NCBI GenBank assembly: GCA_964553825.1
Contig: CAZKLT010000002.1
Location: 66,068 to 130,067, forward strand
From: an uncultured Gammaproteobacteria bacterium
Lineage (GTDB): Bacteria > Patescibacteriota > Microgenomatia > UBA10105 > UBA927
Direction: 5' to 3'
DNA length: 64,000 nt
Below are positions 18,593 through 28,103 of this stretch, piece by piece. The translations under genes and the position numbers were made by a program. The notes beneath the pieces are model-generated. The model worked only from the letters and a program-made list of their open reading frames with translations, was not told the origin of the DNA and ran no database searches. Position 1 is the stretch's first letter. Each line of letters begins with the position of its first letter.

Positions 18593-19823
18593 GTGCATAC
18601 GGGAAACAAAATCGTGCGGTTGAATATTTTTTGGCAAGCTGGGCAGCATCTTTACTCACATCTTTTCCGTCAAGAATACGCTGTATAAGCACCCCCAGCA
18701 GATTCATGTCTGCCTCTTTCATGCCCCGTTTTGTTGCTTCCTGCGTCCCAAGGCGAATGAACGTACGGCCACCAAGCGCGTTACTTGTGCTTATCGATAG
18801 GCCGTTCTGTGCGAAGCGCCGGACTATTGAGGAGCCCTCGGCATCGACGAGGAGGTGAACCTGATGATTATGGCTATATACGCCGTTTATCGACCTGACG
18901 TGTAGCCCGTTTTTCGCAAGCGCGCTACCAAGCGCCTGAGAGTTGCGAACAATCTGCCGCGCATACCCACGGCCATACATGTCCATTTCTAGCACCGTAA
19001 TCGCCAGGGCCATGAGGCTATTTGTGTGGACCGTCGAGTACGTATTCCGGACGATGCTATCCATTTCAGTCGCCAACGACTTGTCACGAAACGCAAGTAT
19101 GCCCTTATGCGGCCCGGGAAATGTCTTGTGCGTATTGGCAACAATAACGTCCGCCCCTTCCCGAAGGGGGGATTGAAATTCGCCGCCCATAATTAATCCA
19201 AGCGTGTGACTGGCATCATAGATAAGAAGCACGTCATGCGGAAGACCGTTTCGCAACTGGCGAAGCGGATGCGGCTGAAGCAGCACAGAGGTGTCCAGAT
19301 ACACGATGCGTGCTTTTTTTCTGCGGGCCAGATAAACCGTCTTCGCGACATCAAGAGTCAGCCGAGAGATATCATACGCTGCGTATACATGCTTTCTGCC
19401 GATGCTTTCTGCTATGTGCTTCGTGCAAAAATGACCACCATCCTCCTCACGGACGGACATTACGGTATCGCCCGGCCGAGTAGATCCCAGAAGCGCACAC
19501 AGCATTGCGTGCGCTCCGGACAGACATTCAAGGTTCACATCCTCGGCGGCCAGCATTTTTTTAGCTTTTGCCTTTGCACGGTCGAGAATATCGTGAAGTC
19601 GCGGGTAGGTAATGGCCGAAAAGTCTCCGAAGTTATTCGCAGTCATAACGCCCCCGATCCCTCTTCCGAAATCATATCGCAGCCCCATGGGTGACCGGTA
19701 AAACCGCATTGCAAGCGGGGAGAGTATGTTCTGGTTGGCGGTTAGATTGACCATCCGGTCGTTATACGACTCAATGTCCTGGAGCGTACGAAAAAGGCGG
19801 TTGGCTGTCAGCGAATCAAACAT
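18564..19823 (-). CDS. Divergent serine hydroxymethyltransferase-fold PLP enzyme (SHMT/threonine-aldolase-like)
   Basis: N-terminal MVNLTANQNILSPLA corresponds to SHMT 'IELIASENFTSPAV'. The PLP-lysine region VIVANTHKTFPGPHKGILAF corresponds to SHMT 'TTTHKTLRGPRGG'. It is divergent from housekeeping GlyA. Confidence 0.6.
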   Translation of the reverse strand: MFDSLTANRLFRTLQDIESYNDRMVNLTANQNILSPLAMRFYRSPMGLRYDFGRGIGGVMTANNFGDFSAITYPRLHDILDRAKAKAKKMLAAEDVNLECLSGAHAMLCALLGSTRPGDTVMSVREEDGGHFCTKHIAESIGRKHVYAAYDISRLTLDVAKTVYLARRKKARIVYLDTSVLLQPHPLRQLRNGLPHDVLLIYDASHTLGLIMGGEFQSPLREGADVIVANTHKTFPGPHKGILAFRDKSLATEMDSIVRNTYSTVHTNSLMALAITVLEMDMYGRGYARQIVRNSQALGSALAKNGLHVRSINGVYSHNHQVHLLVDAEGSSIVRRFAQNGLSISTSNALGGRTFIRLGTQEATKRGMKEADMNLLGVLIQRILDGKDVSKDAAQLAKKYSTARFCFPYAPTSDHAPEA

Positions 19824-19859
19824 ATCTGCGATTGTAGCACAGCCCTTGACGCTGTCTGA

Positions 19860-20897
19860 TTATTTTTTCTCCCGAAGCCTACGATCTACTGTTCGCAAAA
19901 CACCAAGAAAACTGTCCGTGTGAACCCGCATACCGATCGTTACGCGCATATAGACCTCGGTCATAAATTTGGCTATCAGGACATCCTGATTGTCCAATGC
20001 ATCCACCAATAACGGCTTTGCCTTTGCATTAACTTTTACTAATACCAGGTTAGCACGGGAATCGAATGCCACGAAATGGTCAAGGGCATTGACGGACCGA
20101 ATAAAGTATTCCCTATCAGAGATAATGGTCCGTGCTAATTTACGATAGTACATCCGGGCCGTAAGGGCAGCCAAGGCAACCTCTTCCAATATCCTATTTC
20201 CTCCGAGGTACGGATCCTGATACCGCAACATTGCTTTGATGTTTTTACCGCACAATGCGTACCCCATACGCAGTCCTGCCAGGGCGTACTGTTTTGAGAA
20301 GCTTCTAAGTATCATAAGATTGCCAAATTGATCCAGGAGGCGTCGAAAACCCGCTGCATCATATTTATCATCAAAACCAAAATATGCCTCATCAAGAATA
20401 ACAAGAGTGTTACTGGAAACGCGACGAAGGATTCTTTTGGCATCGGCCACAGAGATAACATTGCCGCTCGGGTTGTTTGGCGTCGTGATAAGCACCAGTT
20501 GCGGCGCGTACCGATGAATTTTTTTTACGCAATCCTCTATATCAAATGAAAACGCGCTCTTACCCTCTGTGATCCGGAAGGTGTGAAGCTTGATATTGCG
20601 AAATGCAAGGTATTTCGCATAAAAGCCGAAGTGAAGTTCATGGGTAAGCACACTGCTTTTTCCAACCTGAAGGCTATTAAAGACAAGGCGCAATATCTCT
20701 TCAGCGCCGTATCCGATAAGAATACGGCTCCGTGGCAAGGAAAATCGCTTAGCCAACTCCGGAGCCAGAATGGATCCCGAATACCCATCAAAATACCGTG
20801 CGAGCTTGTCAGCGGATGCGGCATGCAGCACCTGTAGGCACACCGGAGCAGGGCCAAGAACAACTTCGTTTCGATTCAAAAGCAACTGGTTTTTCAT
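19860..20897 (-). CDS. Class II PLP aminotransferase of the HisC/CobD family (histidinol-phosphate aminotransferase / threonine-phosphate decarboxylase-like)
   Basis: PLP-lysine motif SFSKQYALAGLRMGYAL (compare HisC SFSKAYGLAGLRVGY), plus TPNNPSG upstream. Confidence 0.7.
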   Translation of the reverse strand: MKNQLLLNRNEVVLGPAPVCLQVLHAASADKLARYFDGYSGSILAPELAKRFSLPRSRILIGYGAEEILRLVFNSLQVGKSSVLTHELHFGFYAKYLAFRNIKLHTFRITEGKSAFSFDIEDCVKKIHRYAPQLVLITTPNNPSGNVISVADAKRILRRVSSNTLVILDEAYFGFDDKYDAAGFRRLLDQFGNLMILRSFSKQYALAGLRMGYALCGKNIKAMLRYQDPYLGGNRILEEVALAALTARMYYRKLARTIISDREYFIRSVNALDHFVAFDSRANLVLVKVNAKAKPLLVDALDNQDVLIAKFMTEVYMRVTIGMRVHTDSFLGVLRTVDRRLREKK

Positions 20898-20904
20898 GCC
20901 GGTA

Positions 20905-22218
20905 CTAGAAAATTACATGCGTCTTTGGCTTGTCGAAAATAAATTCCGGTGTAAGCGACGCGTTGTATGCGCCTATGCAATAGTAGACGATGACATCACC
21001 TTCAGACACTGATGGCAACCATCCGCGGAAAAGCACATCGTCTTCTCGCAGCGTAGCGCCATAAATAATCGTCGGCTGTATGTTTCCATTTCGCTGCTGA
21101 AATGAAGGGGAAAAAATCCGCAGTATTTGCGGCCGATAGGGGATAAGCGACAACATGGTCGTTGCGCCGTCAGCAAATACTGTTTGCTTCATGCCTTTAT
21201 GTACGCGCTGAACGCGTGTTACAAACACCGCGGCATCATCAACCAGATATCTTCCCGGCTCGATCATAAGCCTGAGCTTGCCAGCATCAGGATATTGCGT
21301 GCGCATTGCTTCCCAGATGGTTTGTGCATATTCGTCCGTTGTATACGCATTCCACGACTGTCTTTCGTATGGCTTGCGGCCGTGGGATTTCATGCCACCA
21401 CCGCAATTCACATAACGAGCGTGTAGCCCCGCCTTCTCCATTTGAGTGAGAGTTTCAGCTGCGGCCCGAGCCGCATTTCCAAACACGTCAAGCTGATCAA
21501 TATCAGTGCCCGTATGCACATGTACACCCTCAAATCGTATATAACGTTTTTTCAGCGTTACCAACACCGGAAGACTTATAAGGTCTGCCCGCGAAAAACC
21601 GAAATGACTGTGCCCCATGCTATGACCGCTGAGATTAAGACGGCATCCTATCCGGACACGAAGCTTTACTGTCCGGGAAAACTCCTCCAGTCGCATTAAC
21701 TCGGCTCGGTTGTCCACCTGAACAAGCACGTTATGCCTCATGGCAGTAACAAGGGAGGATTTTGTTTTGTTGGGGCCGTTGAACACGATTTTTTCACCTG
21801 CATATCCATACCGCAGTGCTAAGTGAAGTTCTCGCTCTGATCCAACGTCTGCGTACGTCCCGACGCGGCGAAGCGCAGATGCGGGAGCGTAATTAGTTTT
21901 AAATGAATACGCAATCGCCACCTTCTTCCAGTATCGGGAAAGGCTTCGTTTCACGCTGTCAAGGCGCTGCTCCATAATGCACATGTCAAGCAGATAGGCC
22001 GGCGTTTTTTCCGTACGGGCAAACTTTTTGATGTATGGCGCGATACGATCGTCAGAAGGAAAATGTGAAAAATTCACATCATCCCTGCCGACAAATATCG
22101 GATGGTTCCGTAGATAATACAGGCTTGCCGCTATCATAATTCCTTTACTTTTTGGATAATGCCGAGACCTGCTGCCACAGAGAGTTTGACTTTGGTTTGG
22201 ATCGGAATTGTTCGCCAA
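20905..22218 (-). CDS. PLP-dependent decarboxylase, Orn/DAP/Arg decarboxylase (alanine-racemase-fold, group IV) family
   Basis: PLP-Lys region IAYSFKTNYAP (compare LysA YAVKAN), Gly-rich CGGGM, and a C-terminal beta-domain. The start may be the internal MIAASLYYL at 22140, which removes the overlap with the upstream gene. Confidence 0.7.
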   Translation of the reverse strand: MANNSDPNQSQTLCGSRSRHYPKSKGIMIAASLYYLRNHPIFVGRDDVNFSHFPSDDRIAPYIKKFARTEKTPAYLLDMCIMEQRLDSVKRSLSRYWKKVAIAYSFKTNYAPASALRRVGTYADVGSERELHLALRYGYAGEKIVFNGPNKTKSSLVTAMRHNVLVQVDNRAELMRLEEFSRTVKLRVRIGCRLNLSGHSMGHSHFGFSRADLISLPVLVTLKKRYIRFEGVHVHTGTDIDQLDVFGNAARAAAETLTQMEKAGLHARYVNCGGGMKSHGRKPYERQSWNAYTTDEYAQTIWEAMRTQYPDAGKLRLMIEPGRYLVDDAAVFVTRVQRVHKGMKQTVFADGATTMLSLIPYRPQILRIFSPSFQQRNGNIQPTIIYGATLREDDVLFRGWLPSVSEGDVIVYYCIGAYNASLTPEFIFDKPKTHVIF

Positions 22219-22958
22219 AGCTTCCAGACCCCATAGGGGAGTTGTTCTTTGATAACACGCACATCCGTGTCATGCAACAGCATGAGGCCTCCTTTTTTCA
22301 ATCTGGGCCATGCATTGTTGAAATCTTTTTTAACGCCCTCATACGTATGATCTCCGTCAATATAGATATATTCGTATGATTTTCTCGTTTTTCTAAAATA
22401 TTCATCCGTTGTCATTACGTGTGTCGTTATGTGCGTGTCAAGCCCGAGAAATGAGAAATGCACCTGGGGATTTTGCGAACGCCAGAACCCTATTCCACCC
22501 CAATGCTTCGTTCCGTTGGCATCAGACTCAGAATATCCGGCATCCACAAAATCGACATGGCCACGTCCGACATCCCTGCAAGCCATAGCGCATAACGCGG
22601 GTATGAATCCTTTTTTCGACCCTATGCAAAGTATACGGGCCGGCTTCATGTTTACAATTAAGGCATGGTGCAGCAGGCCGAAGCCCAACAGACCGCGCCT
22701 GGCATCGGCATTCTGCAGAAGATATCCGTCAAAATACTGAAGAACTTCGTATGCAAGCGATGCGTCGTATAAAAAACGTTGATTCAGGACAGGAACGCGA
22801 AAAAAATGGCGGAATAATATGCGCACAGTATCGCGAATTCCCAGTTCCGAAAAACTTTTCGAAAACTCTCCGATTCTAAAGGTACCCGCAAACATACGCG
22901 GATTATATCTTAGACTATATGGCTGAACAAGGACAGTAAAACACAAATTTTTTTCCAA
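22134..22958 (-). CDS. SAM-dependent methyltransferase, Methyltransf_24 / TylF-MycF-like O-methyltransferase family (paralog A)
   Basis: ILCIGSKKGFIPALCAMAC and YIYIDGDHTYEGVKKDF...GGLMLLHD. It is a clear paralog of the divergently transcribed 23049..23753 gene. Confidence 0.6.
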   Translation of the reverse strand: MEKNLCFTVLVQPYSLRYNPRMFAGTFRIGEFSKSFSELGIRDTVRILFRHFFRVPVLNQRFLYDASLAYEVLQYFDGYLLQNADARRGLLGFGLLHHALIVNMKPARILCIGSKKGFIPALCAMACRDVGRGHVDFVDAGYSESDANGTKHWGGIGFWRSQNPQVHFSFLGLDTHITTHVMTTDEYFRKTRKSYEYIYIDGDHTYEGVKKDFNNAWPRLKKGGLMLLHDTDVRVIKEQLPYGVWKLWRTIPIQTKVKLSVAAGLGIIQKVKEL

Positions 22959-23048
22959 CTACAAACGCATCTGCATCAAATCGATTCCACTTGTCAGCTA
23001 CACGAAGAAGGGTATAATACGCATGTCAGTTTAACGCAAACGATTGGA

Positions 23049-23753
23049 TTGGTTATGAACTATGCACTCTCTTCACTATTTCCACTCGTAAACACATCCG
23101 TTGCACAAGACATTATCAACTCATACGCACGCGAGCATAATTGGCACGAGCTGGACGTACGTACCGGAAACCTGGGGTACGGATGGATTCACTACGCATT
23201 TATTCGGCTCATTCGTCCCAAACGTGTCCTATGTGTCGGAAGCCGTTACGGGTTCATACCAATTCTCTGTGCCATGGCGTGCAAAGATAATGGCACGGGC
23301 ATTGTCGATTTCGTCGACGCGGGATTCGATGAGCGAGACCCGAAAAATCCCGATCACTGGGGAGGAGTGGGGACGTGGCGGGAAATTAATCCGGATCGAT
23401 ACTTCCGCAAGCACTCGGTCCATAAGCATATCGTACTGCACGTTCAAACAACTGCCCAGTTCAACGCCGCTTATCCTGATAGACACTGGGACTACATATA
23501 TATCGATGGCGACCATTCGTATAAAGGATCTCGATTCGACTTCAACACATTCTGGCCGAGACTCAATCGAGGAGGAATGCTCTCTCTGCATGACATTCGC
23601 GTGAAACGAATCAACAAGCTGGTTTTAGGAGTACACCGGTTATGGAACGAAATCAAGCGCAAGCACCCCCACGAAACACTTGAATTGCCTGGAGCCTACG
23701 GACTTGGCATTTTGACGAAGCCTCAAAGGTCCTCTCTGCTCGTAGACGTATGA
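23049..23753 (+). CDS. SAM-dependent methyltransferase, Methyltransf_24 / TylF-MycF-like family (paralog B)
   Basis: VLCVGSRYGFIPILCAMAC and YIYIDGDHSYKGSRFDF...GGMLSLHD. Paralogous to 22134..22958. Confidence 0.6.
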   Translation: MVMNYALSSLFPLVNTSVAQDIINSYAREHNWHELDVRTGNLGYGWIHYAFIRLIRPKRVLCVGSRYGFIPILCAMACKDNGTGIVDFVDAGFDERDPKNPDHWGGVGTWREINPDRYFRKHSVHKHIVLHVQTTAQFNAAYPDRHWDYIYIDGDHSYKGSRFDFNTFWPRLNRGGMLSLHDIRVKRINKLVLGVHRLWNEIKRKHPHETLELPGAYGLGILTKPQRSSLLVDV

Positions 23754-23760
23754 TGTCACC

Positions 23761-24660
23761 GTGCCTGTGAACAGCCATCTCCCTATCAGCGTCATAGTTG
23801 CAACGAAAAATCGGCCGATGCGCCTGAGGCAGTGTATTATGTCGCTATTAAAGACGGTCGGCACTACGTATGAGGTTATCGTCGTAGACCAAAGCAAACA
23901 TTCAGCCCCATTGACGCGTATTTCAGGGAAGATTCATTCTGTGCATGCACCAGGCAGCGGAAAAGCCCTTGCATTGAACCAGGGCGCCAGAATAGCCTCG
24001 GGAGAAATACTTGCATTTACCGACGATGACTGTATCGTATCGCCAGGTTGGCTTTTCGCGTTGGTGCGGCAGTTTAAAAAAACGCCAAGTGTGTCAGCAG
24101 TATTCGGCAGTACACGCCCATATCAGCCCATGCGGCATCAACATCGCTTTTGCCCATCGATATTTGCCGTTCGACAAACGCTCATCCATACCAAACCAGT
24201 ACTCCACTCTACACATATAGGTTACGGAAACAATATGGCAATAAGGAAAACGGTCTTTGACACGCTCGGGCCGTTCAAGACATGGCTGGGCCCCGGCTCG
24301 ATAGGCAGTAATGCAGAGGACGCTGAGTATGCGCTTCGCATACTGACGAAGGGGGGAACAATCGCCAGTACGCCTCGCGCGATTGTCTATCACAATAGAT
24401 GGCTCTCTTCCGTTGCGATGGATCGTCTGGAATTGTCATACGTATGCGGAGAAATGGCGTGTTACACATATTATTATCTTCAAGGGCTTCCGTTTGCGAA
24501 AACTATTATCCGAGCAAACATCAGTGACTCGTTACGGTCAATCGGAAAGAATGCACGCCCGACTATCAAAAAGCAGGCGCTTTTTCACGAAACGGGAAAA
24601 CTGTTCATGAGAATGCGCGGGTGTATCGTCGGCGTTTTGGCTGCAACATTCGAAAAATAG
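23761..24660 (+). CDS. Glycosyltransferase family 2
   Basis: ISVIVATKNRPMRLRQCIMSL ... VVDQS ... FTDDDC (DxD) is the GT2 / GT-A N-terminal pattern. Confidence 0.75.
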   Translation: MPVNSHLPISVIVATKNRPMRLRQCIMSLLKTVGTTYEVIVVDQSKHSAPLTRISGKIHSVHAPGSGKALALNQGARIASGEILAFTDDDCIVSPGWLFALVRQFKKTPSVSAVFGSTRPYQPMRHQHRFCPSIFAVRQTLIHTKPVLHSTHIGYGNNMAIRKTVFDTLGPFKTWLGPGSIGSNAEDAEYALRILTKGGTIASTPRAIVYHNRWLSSVAMDRLELSYVCGEMACYTYYYLQGLPFAKTIIRANISDSLRSIGKNARPTIKKQALFHETGKLFMRMRGCIVGVLAATFEK

Positions 24661-25639
24661 CAGCTACCTTCTTTTCCCACGTATTCTGTCGTGCAATCAA
24701 CCGTTGTGTACGAACGTTTTTTTGAGGCCATCCTGCCTTACGTAGGTGACTAATCGTTCTCGCTGCATCCGTGGAATTATGTACTATGAACAAAAGCCTC
24801 TTCTGAACATAGGGAGCCAACGCTTCAATAGGAAGACTGACTACCGGTTTGCCTGCAAAAAAATATTCCATCGTTTTCATAGGAAACGAAAAACGGTTAA
24901 ACGGAACACTGCGATAGGGAATTAAGCCGACGTCAATCTCTTTAAGCGCGCGAGGGATGTGTTGCTTCGGCACGCTGCCGACCCACTGCACATTCGTTAG
25001 GGAGCGCAACTTTTCCCATTGTATCAGCAGAGCGTCCGGTCTGCCGTATACATACTGCTCAAGTGGGCCTACGAAACGAAACGTTACGGCAGGAAGCCTA
25101 CGCGCAAGGGCAAAAAGAAAAGGAAAATCCATCCGATCACTGATGCTTCCTATGTATCCGACCACGAATGTTCGTGCCCGCTTTTTTCTCCATTGAGTAG
25201 TGGACGGTGCAAACAGATGTTCTGCAAATCCCAGCGGAATAGCAACTGTGTCAGGACGCACTTCGCCAAGCTTCCGCGATAAGACCTGAGAATTGGCAAA
25301 AACATACTCAGACAGAATCAGTAGCTCTCTGTGTTGATTGCTGGCGCTCTTGGTGAAACCGGGATAATAGTCAACACAATCATACACCGACCTGTATCCT
25401 TGATACACGGGAAGAAGCAGCGGAAGAAAAAACGGCTCAAAATACCAAAGTATTTTTTGTTCACCCCGATGAATCAAGTCTATGTAGCAACGAATAAGTG
25501 CTGCCCACATCACATAGGTCACTCCGCGCACCCATTTATAACGCACACCAGGGAAAATACTTATCGGACGAATCACAACGCCTCTAGACAAACGGCGTAT
25601 CACCCAAGGGTGTGGCGAAAAAAAAGCTTTGGAAGCCAA
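24605..25639 (-). CDS. Glycosyltransferase family 4 (GT1/GT-B fold) candidate
   Basis: C-terminal FPMKTMEYFFAGKPVVS resembles the GT4 'E(x7)E' / GT-B donor-binding region. About 340 aa. Assigned on that one motif and size only. Confidence 0.5.
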   Translation of the reverse strand: MASKAFFSPHPWVIRRLSRGVVIRPISIFPGVRYKWVRGVTYVMWAALIRCYIDLIHRGEQKILWYFEPFFLPLLLPVYQGYRSVYDCVDYYPGFTKSASNQHRELLILSEYVFANSQVLSRKLGEVRPDTVAIPLGFAEHLFAPSTTQWRKKRARTFVVGYIGSISDRMDFPFLFALARRLPAVTFRFVGPLEQYVYGRPDALLIQWEKLRSLTNVQWVGSVPKQHIPRALKEIDVGLIPYRSVPFNRFSFPMKTMEYFFAGKPVVSLPIEALAPYVQKRLLFIVHNSTDAARTISHLRKAGWPQKNVRTQRLIARQNTWEKKVAAIFRMLQPKRRRYTRAFS

Positions 25640-25835
25640 ACAATATCTCCCAGGGCAAGGCCGTAGACCGTATGCGTTCGAGCGACAATGGTCATTGTTT
25701 GCCAGACATAATCACACCCGCTTGCCAACGGAGCGTTAAAGACAAAAAGTACCGGTTCGTTTTTCACCTCCGCAATTATACCAGCGCGTGACGAAATATT
25801 GAGAAGCACTGGCAACACTGCTACAATTCCTCGAC

Positions 25836-26828
25836 ATGAATAGGAGAGTGCGCGCTGTTATCGTGGGGGCAGGATTATTTGGCACGAAAAGACTGCGCGC
25901 ATGTCTTGCCATGCCGACAGAGTTTGACGTCGTAGGCGTTGTAGACATATTGCCGGATCAACGGGAAAAAATTCGGTCTCAGTTCCACGTGCCCACCTTC
26001 GGACACATTTCAGAAACGCCTAAAGACGTCGATCTGGCAATCATATCGACTCCTAATGCGTTCCATGAACGCCTTACCGTTGAATCCCTTGCGCATGGTA
26101 TGAACGTACTGTGTGAAAAGCCTCTTGCTCCCACGGTAAATGAATGCCGAAGAATAATACGAGCGGCAAAAAAATACCATAAGCTCGTCAAGACCGGCTC
26201 GAATCATAGATTTTTCCCGACGGTTCAAAAAGCAAAAGAACTGTTTGAGCAAGGTACAATCGGAAAACTGCTACTTTTTAAAGCGAGCATTGGTATAAAC
26301 GGAGAGCGGGTAGCCAACAAATGGTTTTGGAATCACCGTATGTCTGGAGGAGGATCCTTCATCGACAATGGGTGTCATGTCCTGGATATCGCTCGCATGT
26401 TTATGGGAAATTTTACCAAATGCAGCGCGCACATGACCAACACATACTGGAAAGGCACCTCAGTAGAAGACGTCGGCTCTGCAATCTTCGTGACCCGCGA
26501 TGACAGACAGGCTGTCATCACTTCCTCCTGGATTCAGTGGGCGGGATACTTGCACATCGAACTTTGGGGGGAGAAAGGCTATATTATTATTGATTCAACA
26601 ACGCACGACATCGTCACCATGGGAAACAAAGAGGGAGTCGTAACAACCTATGACTATTCCAACGAACCCAAAGATTCATATCATCGCGAACTTCTGTATA
26701 TGAAGCGCTGCATCTTAACGAAAACAGATCCGCACCCGGACGCGATGGACGGTTCATATGTTATTGGTATGATTGAAAGCGCATATCGTTCGTCACAGAA
26801 AAAATCATGGACAACCATCCGCCCGTAA
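25836..26828 (+). CDS. Gfo/Idh/MocA family NAD(P)-dependent sugar oxidoreductase (WbpB-like UDP-sugar 3-dehydrogenase candidate)
   Basis: N-terminal Rossmann motif VRAVIVGAGLFGTKR, then the family motif NVLCEKPLA. Confidence 0.7.
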   Translation: MNRRVRAVIVGAGLFGTKRLRACLAMPTEFDVVGVVDILPDQREKIRSQFHVPTFGHISETPKDVDLAIISTPNAFHERLTVESLAHGMNVLCEKPLAPTVNECRRIIRAAKKYHKLVKTGSNHRFFPTVQKAKELFEQGTIGKLLLFKASIGINGERVANKWFWNHRMSGGGSFIDNGCHVLDIARMFMGNFTKCSAHMTNTYWKGTSVEDVGSAIFVTRDDRQAVITSSWIQWAGYLHIELWGEKGYIIIDSTTHDIVTMGNKEGVVTTYDYSNEPKDSYHRELLYMKRCILTKTDPHPDAMDGSYVIGMIESAYRSSQKKSWTTIRP

Positions 26829-27931
26829 TTCCAGTCAACCGCCCAAGCGTACCCAAAAACGCAAAAAAATATCTTGACACATGTGTATCGTCAGGATGGT
26901 TTTCTTCGGAAGGACCGTATGTCAAAACGTTTGAAAAAGCGTTTGCAGACACACTCGGCGTTTCCTACGCCTCAGCAACAAGCTCGGGTACGGCATCCCT
27001 TCACCTTGCCCTGCTTGCCCTGGACATCGGAAAGGGGGATGAGGTTATCCTGCCGGCAACCACCATCGCATCGTGTTATTTCGCCATATGGTACACCGGT
27101 GCGGTAGCGGTGCCTGTTGATATCACTTCCGATACGTACACCATAGACCCTTCGCTCATTGAGCGCGCCATTACCAAACGGACGAAAGCAATTATGGTCG
27201 TGCATTTATTTGGACATCCCTGCGACATGGACCCCATTATGGAAATTGCCCGTAAGCATAATTTTGCAGTTATAGAGGACGCTGCAGAGGCCCATGGAGC
27301 GCGTTATAAGGGAAGGAGGGTTGGAACAATCGGAGACATTGGCATTTACAGTTTTTACGCAAATAAGATCGTCACTACCGGGGAGGGTGGAATGGTTGTC
27401 AGCAATAACAAAACACTTATAGAGCGGGTGAATTCTCTCAAATCTCTGAACCACTCCTCCACGCGATTTATCCACGTCGGCATCGGCTATAACTACCTTA
27501 TGAGCAATATGCAGGCGGCTGTAGGACTTGCAAGTCTGGAAGAACTCGGCCAGTCTCTAAGGAAGAAAAAAAATATGGCCAAAAACTACAAAAGACTCCT
27601 GTCAGATACCCCAGGCCTCATTCTGCCGGTCGAAAAGCCCTGGGCAGACAGTGTTTACTGGATGTACGCAGTGCGCATTGATCATAAAAAAACAAAAAAA
27701 ACTCGCGATGAGGTAATGAGCTATCTCCTAAGGAATGGTGTCCAGACGCGAACCTTTTTTTACTCCCCTCGCACCGCATTTAAAAAATTAGCATTTTTTG
27801 TAAATGAAAAATTTCCCGTAGCCGAGGAGGTAGAGAAAACAGGATTTTACCTGCCATCTGGCCTGGGCAATACTCATAAAGAATTTCGTGCAGTGGCAAA
27901 GGCACTAACCATAAGAACTAATTCAATTTGA
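26807..27931 (+). CDS. DegT/DnrJ/EryC1/StrS-family sugar aminotransferase (WbpE/ArnB-like)
   Basis: Motif SSGTASLHLAL and a PLP-lysine context ...FYANKIVTTGEGG. Typical of the sugar transaminase family. The start overlaps the upstream oxidoreductase. Confidence 0.75.
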   Translation: MDNHPPVIPVNRPSVPKNAKKYLDTCVSSGWFSSEGPYVKTFEKAFADTLGVSYASATSSGTASLHLALLALDIGKGDEVILPATTIASCYFAIWYTGAVAVPVDITSDTYTIDPSLIERAITKRTKAIMVVHLFGHPCDMDPIMEIARKHNFAVIEDAAEAHGARYKGRRVGTIGDIGIYSFYANKIVTTGEGGMVVSNNKTLIERVNSLKSLNHSSTRFIHVGIGYNYLMSNMQAAVGLASLEELGQSLRKKKNMAKNYKRLLSDTPGLILPVEKPWADSVYWMYAVRIDHKKTKKTRDEVMSYLLRNGVQTRTFFYSPRTAFKKLAFFVNEKFPVAEEVEKTGFYLPSGLGNTHKEFRAVAKALTIRTNSI

Positions 27932-28103
27932 GAGATACTCGATGAGGGGTAACAATCTTGAATCAACCGAATCTCATACTATGTGAGAAATGAAAACTCA
28001 TAACTGGGACGTCTTGGATGGATGCACGCTTTTGGACGCGAAGCTACTGATAATTTATTATGTTATTGGGTAGAATAATATTCTAAAAAGGTTGTATACG
28101 ATA

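Noticed and set aside
27932-28103. 172-bp gene-free AT-rich spacer examined for a tRNA or small RNA
   Set aside because: No cloverleaf-compatible stems or conserved tRNA boxes (GTTC / T-loop) found by eye. Interpreted as the boundary of the low-GC island.
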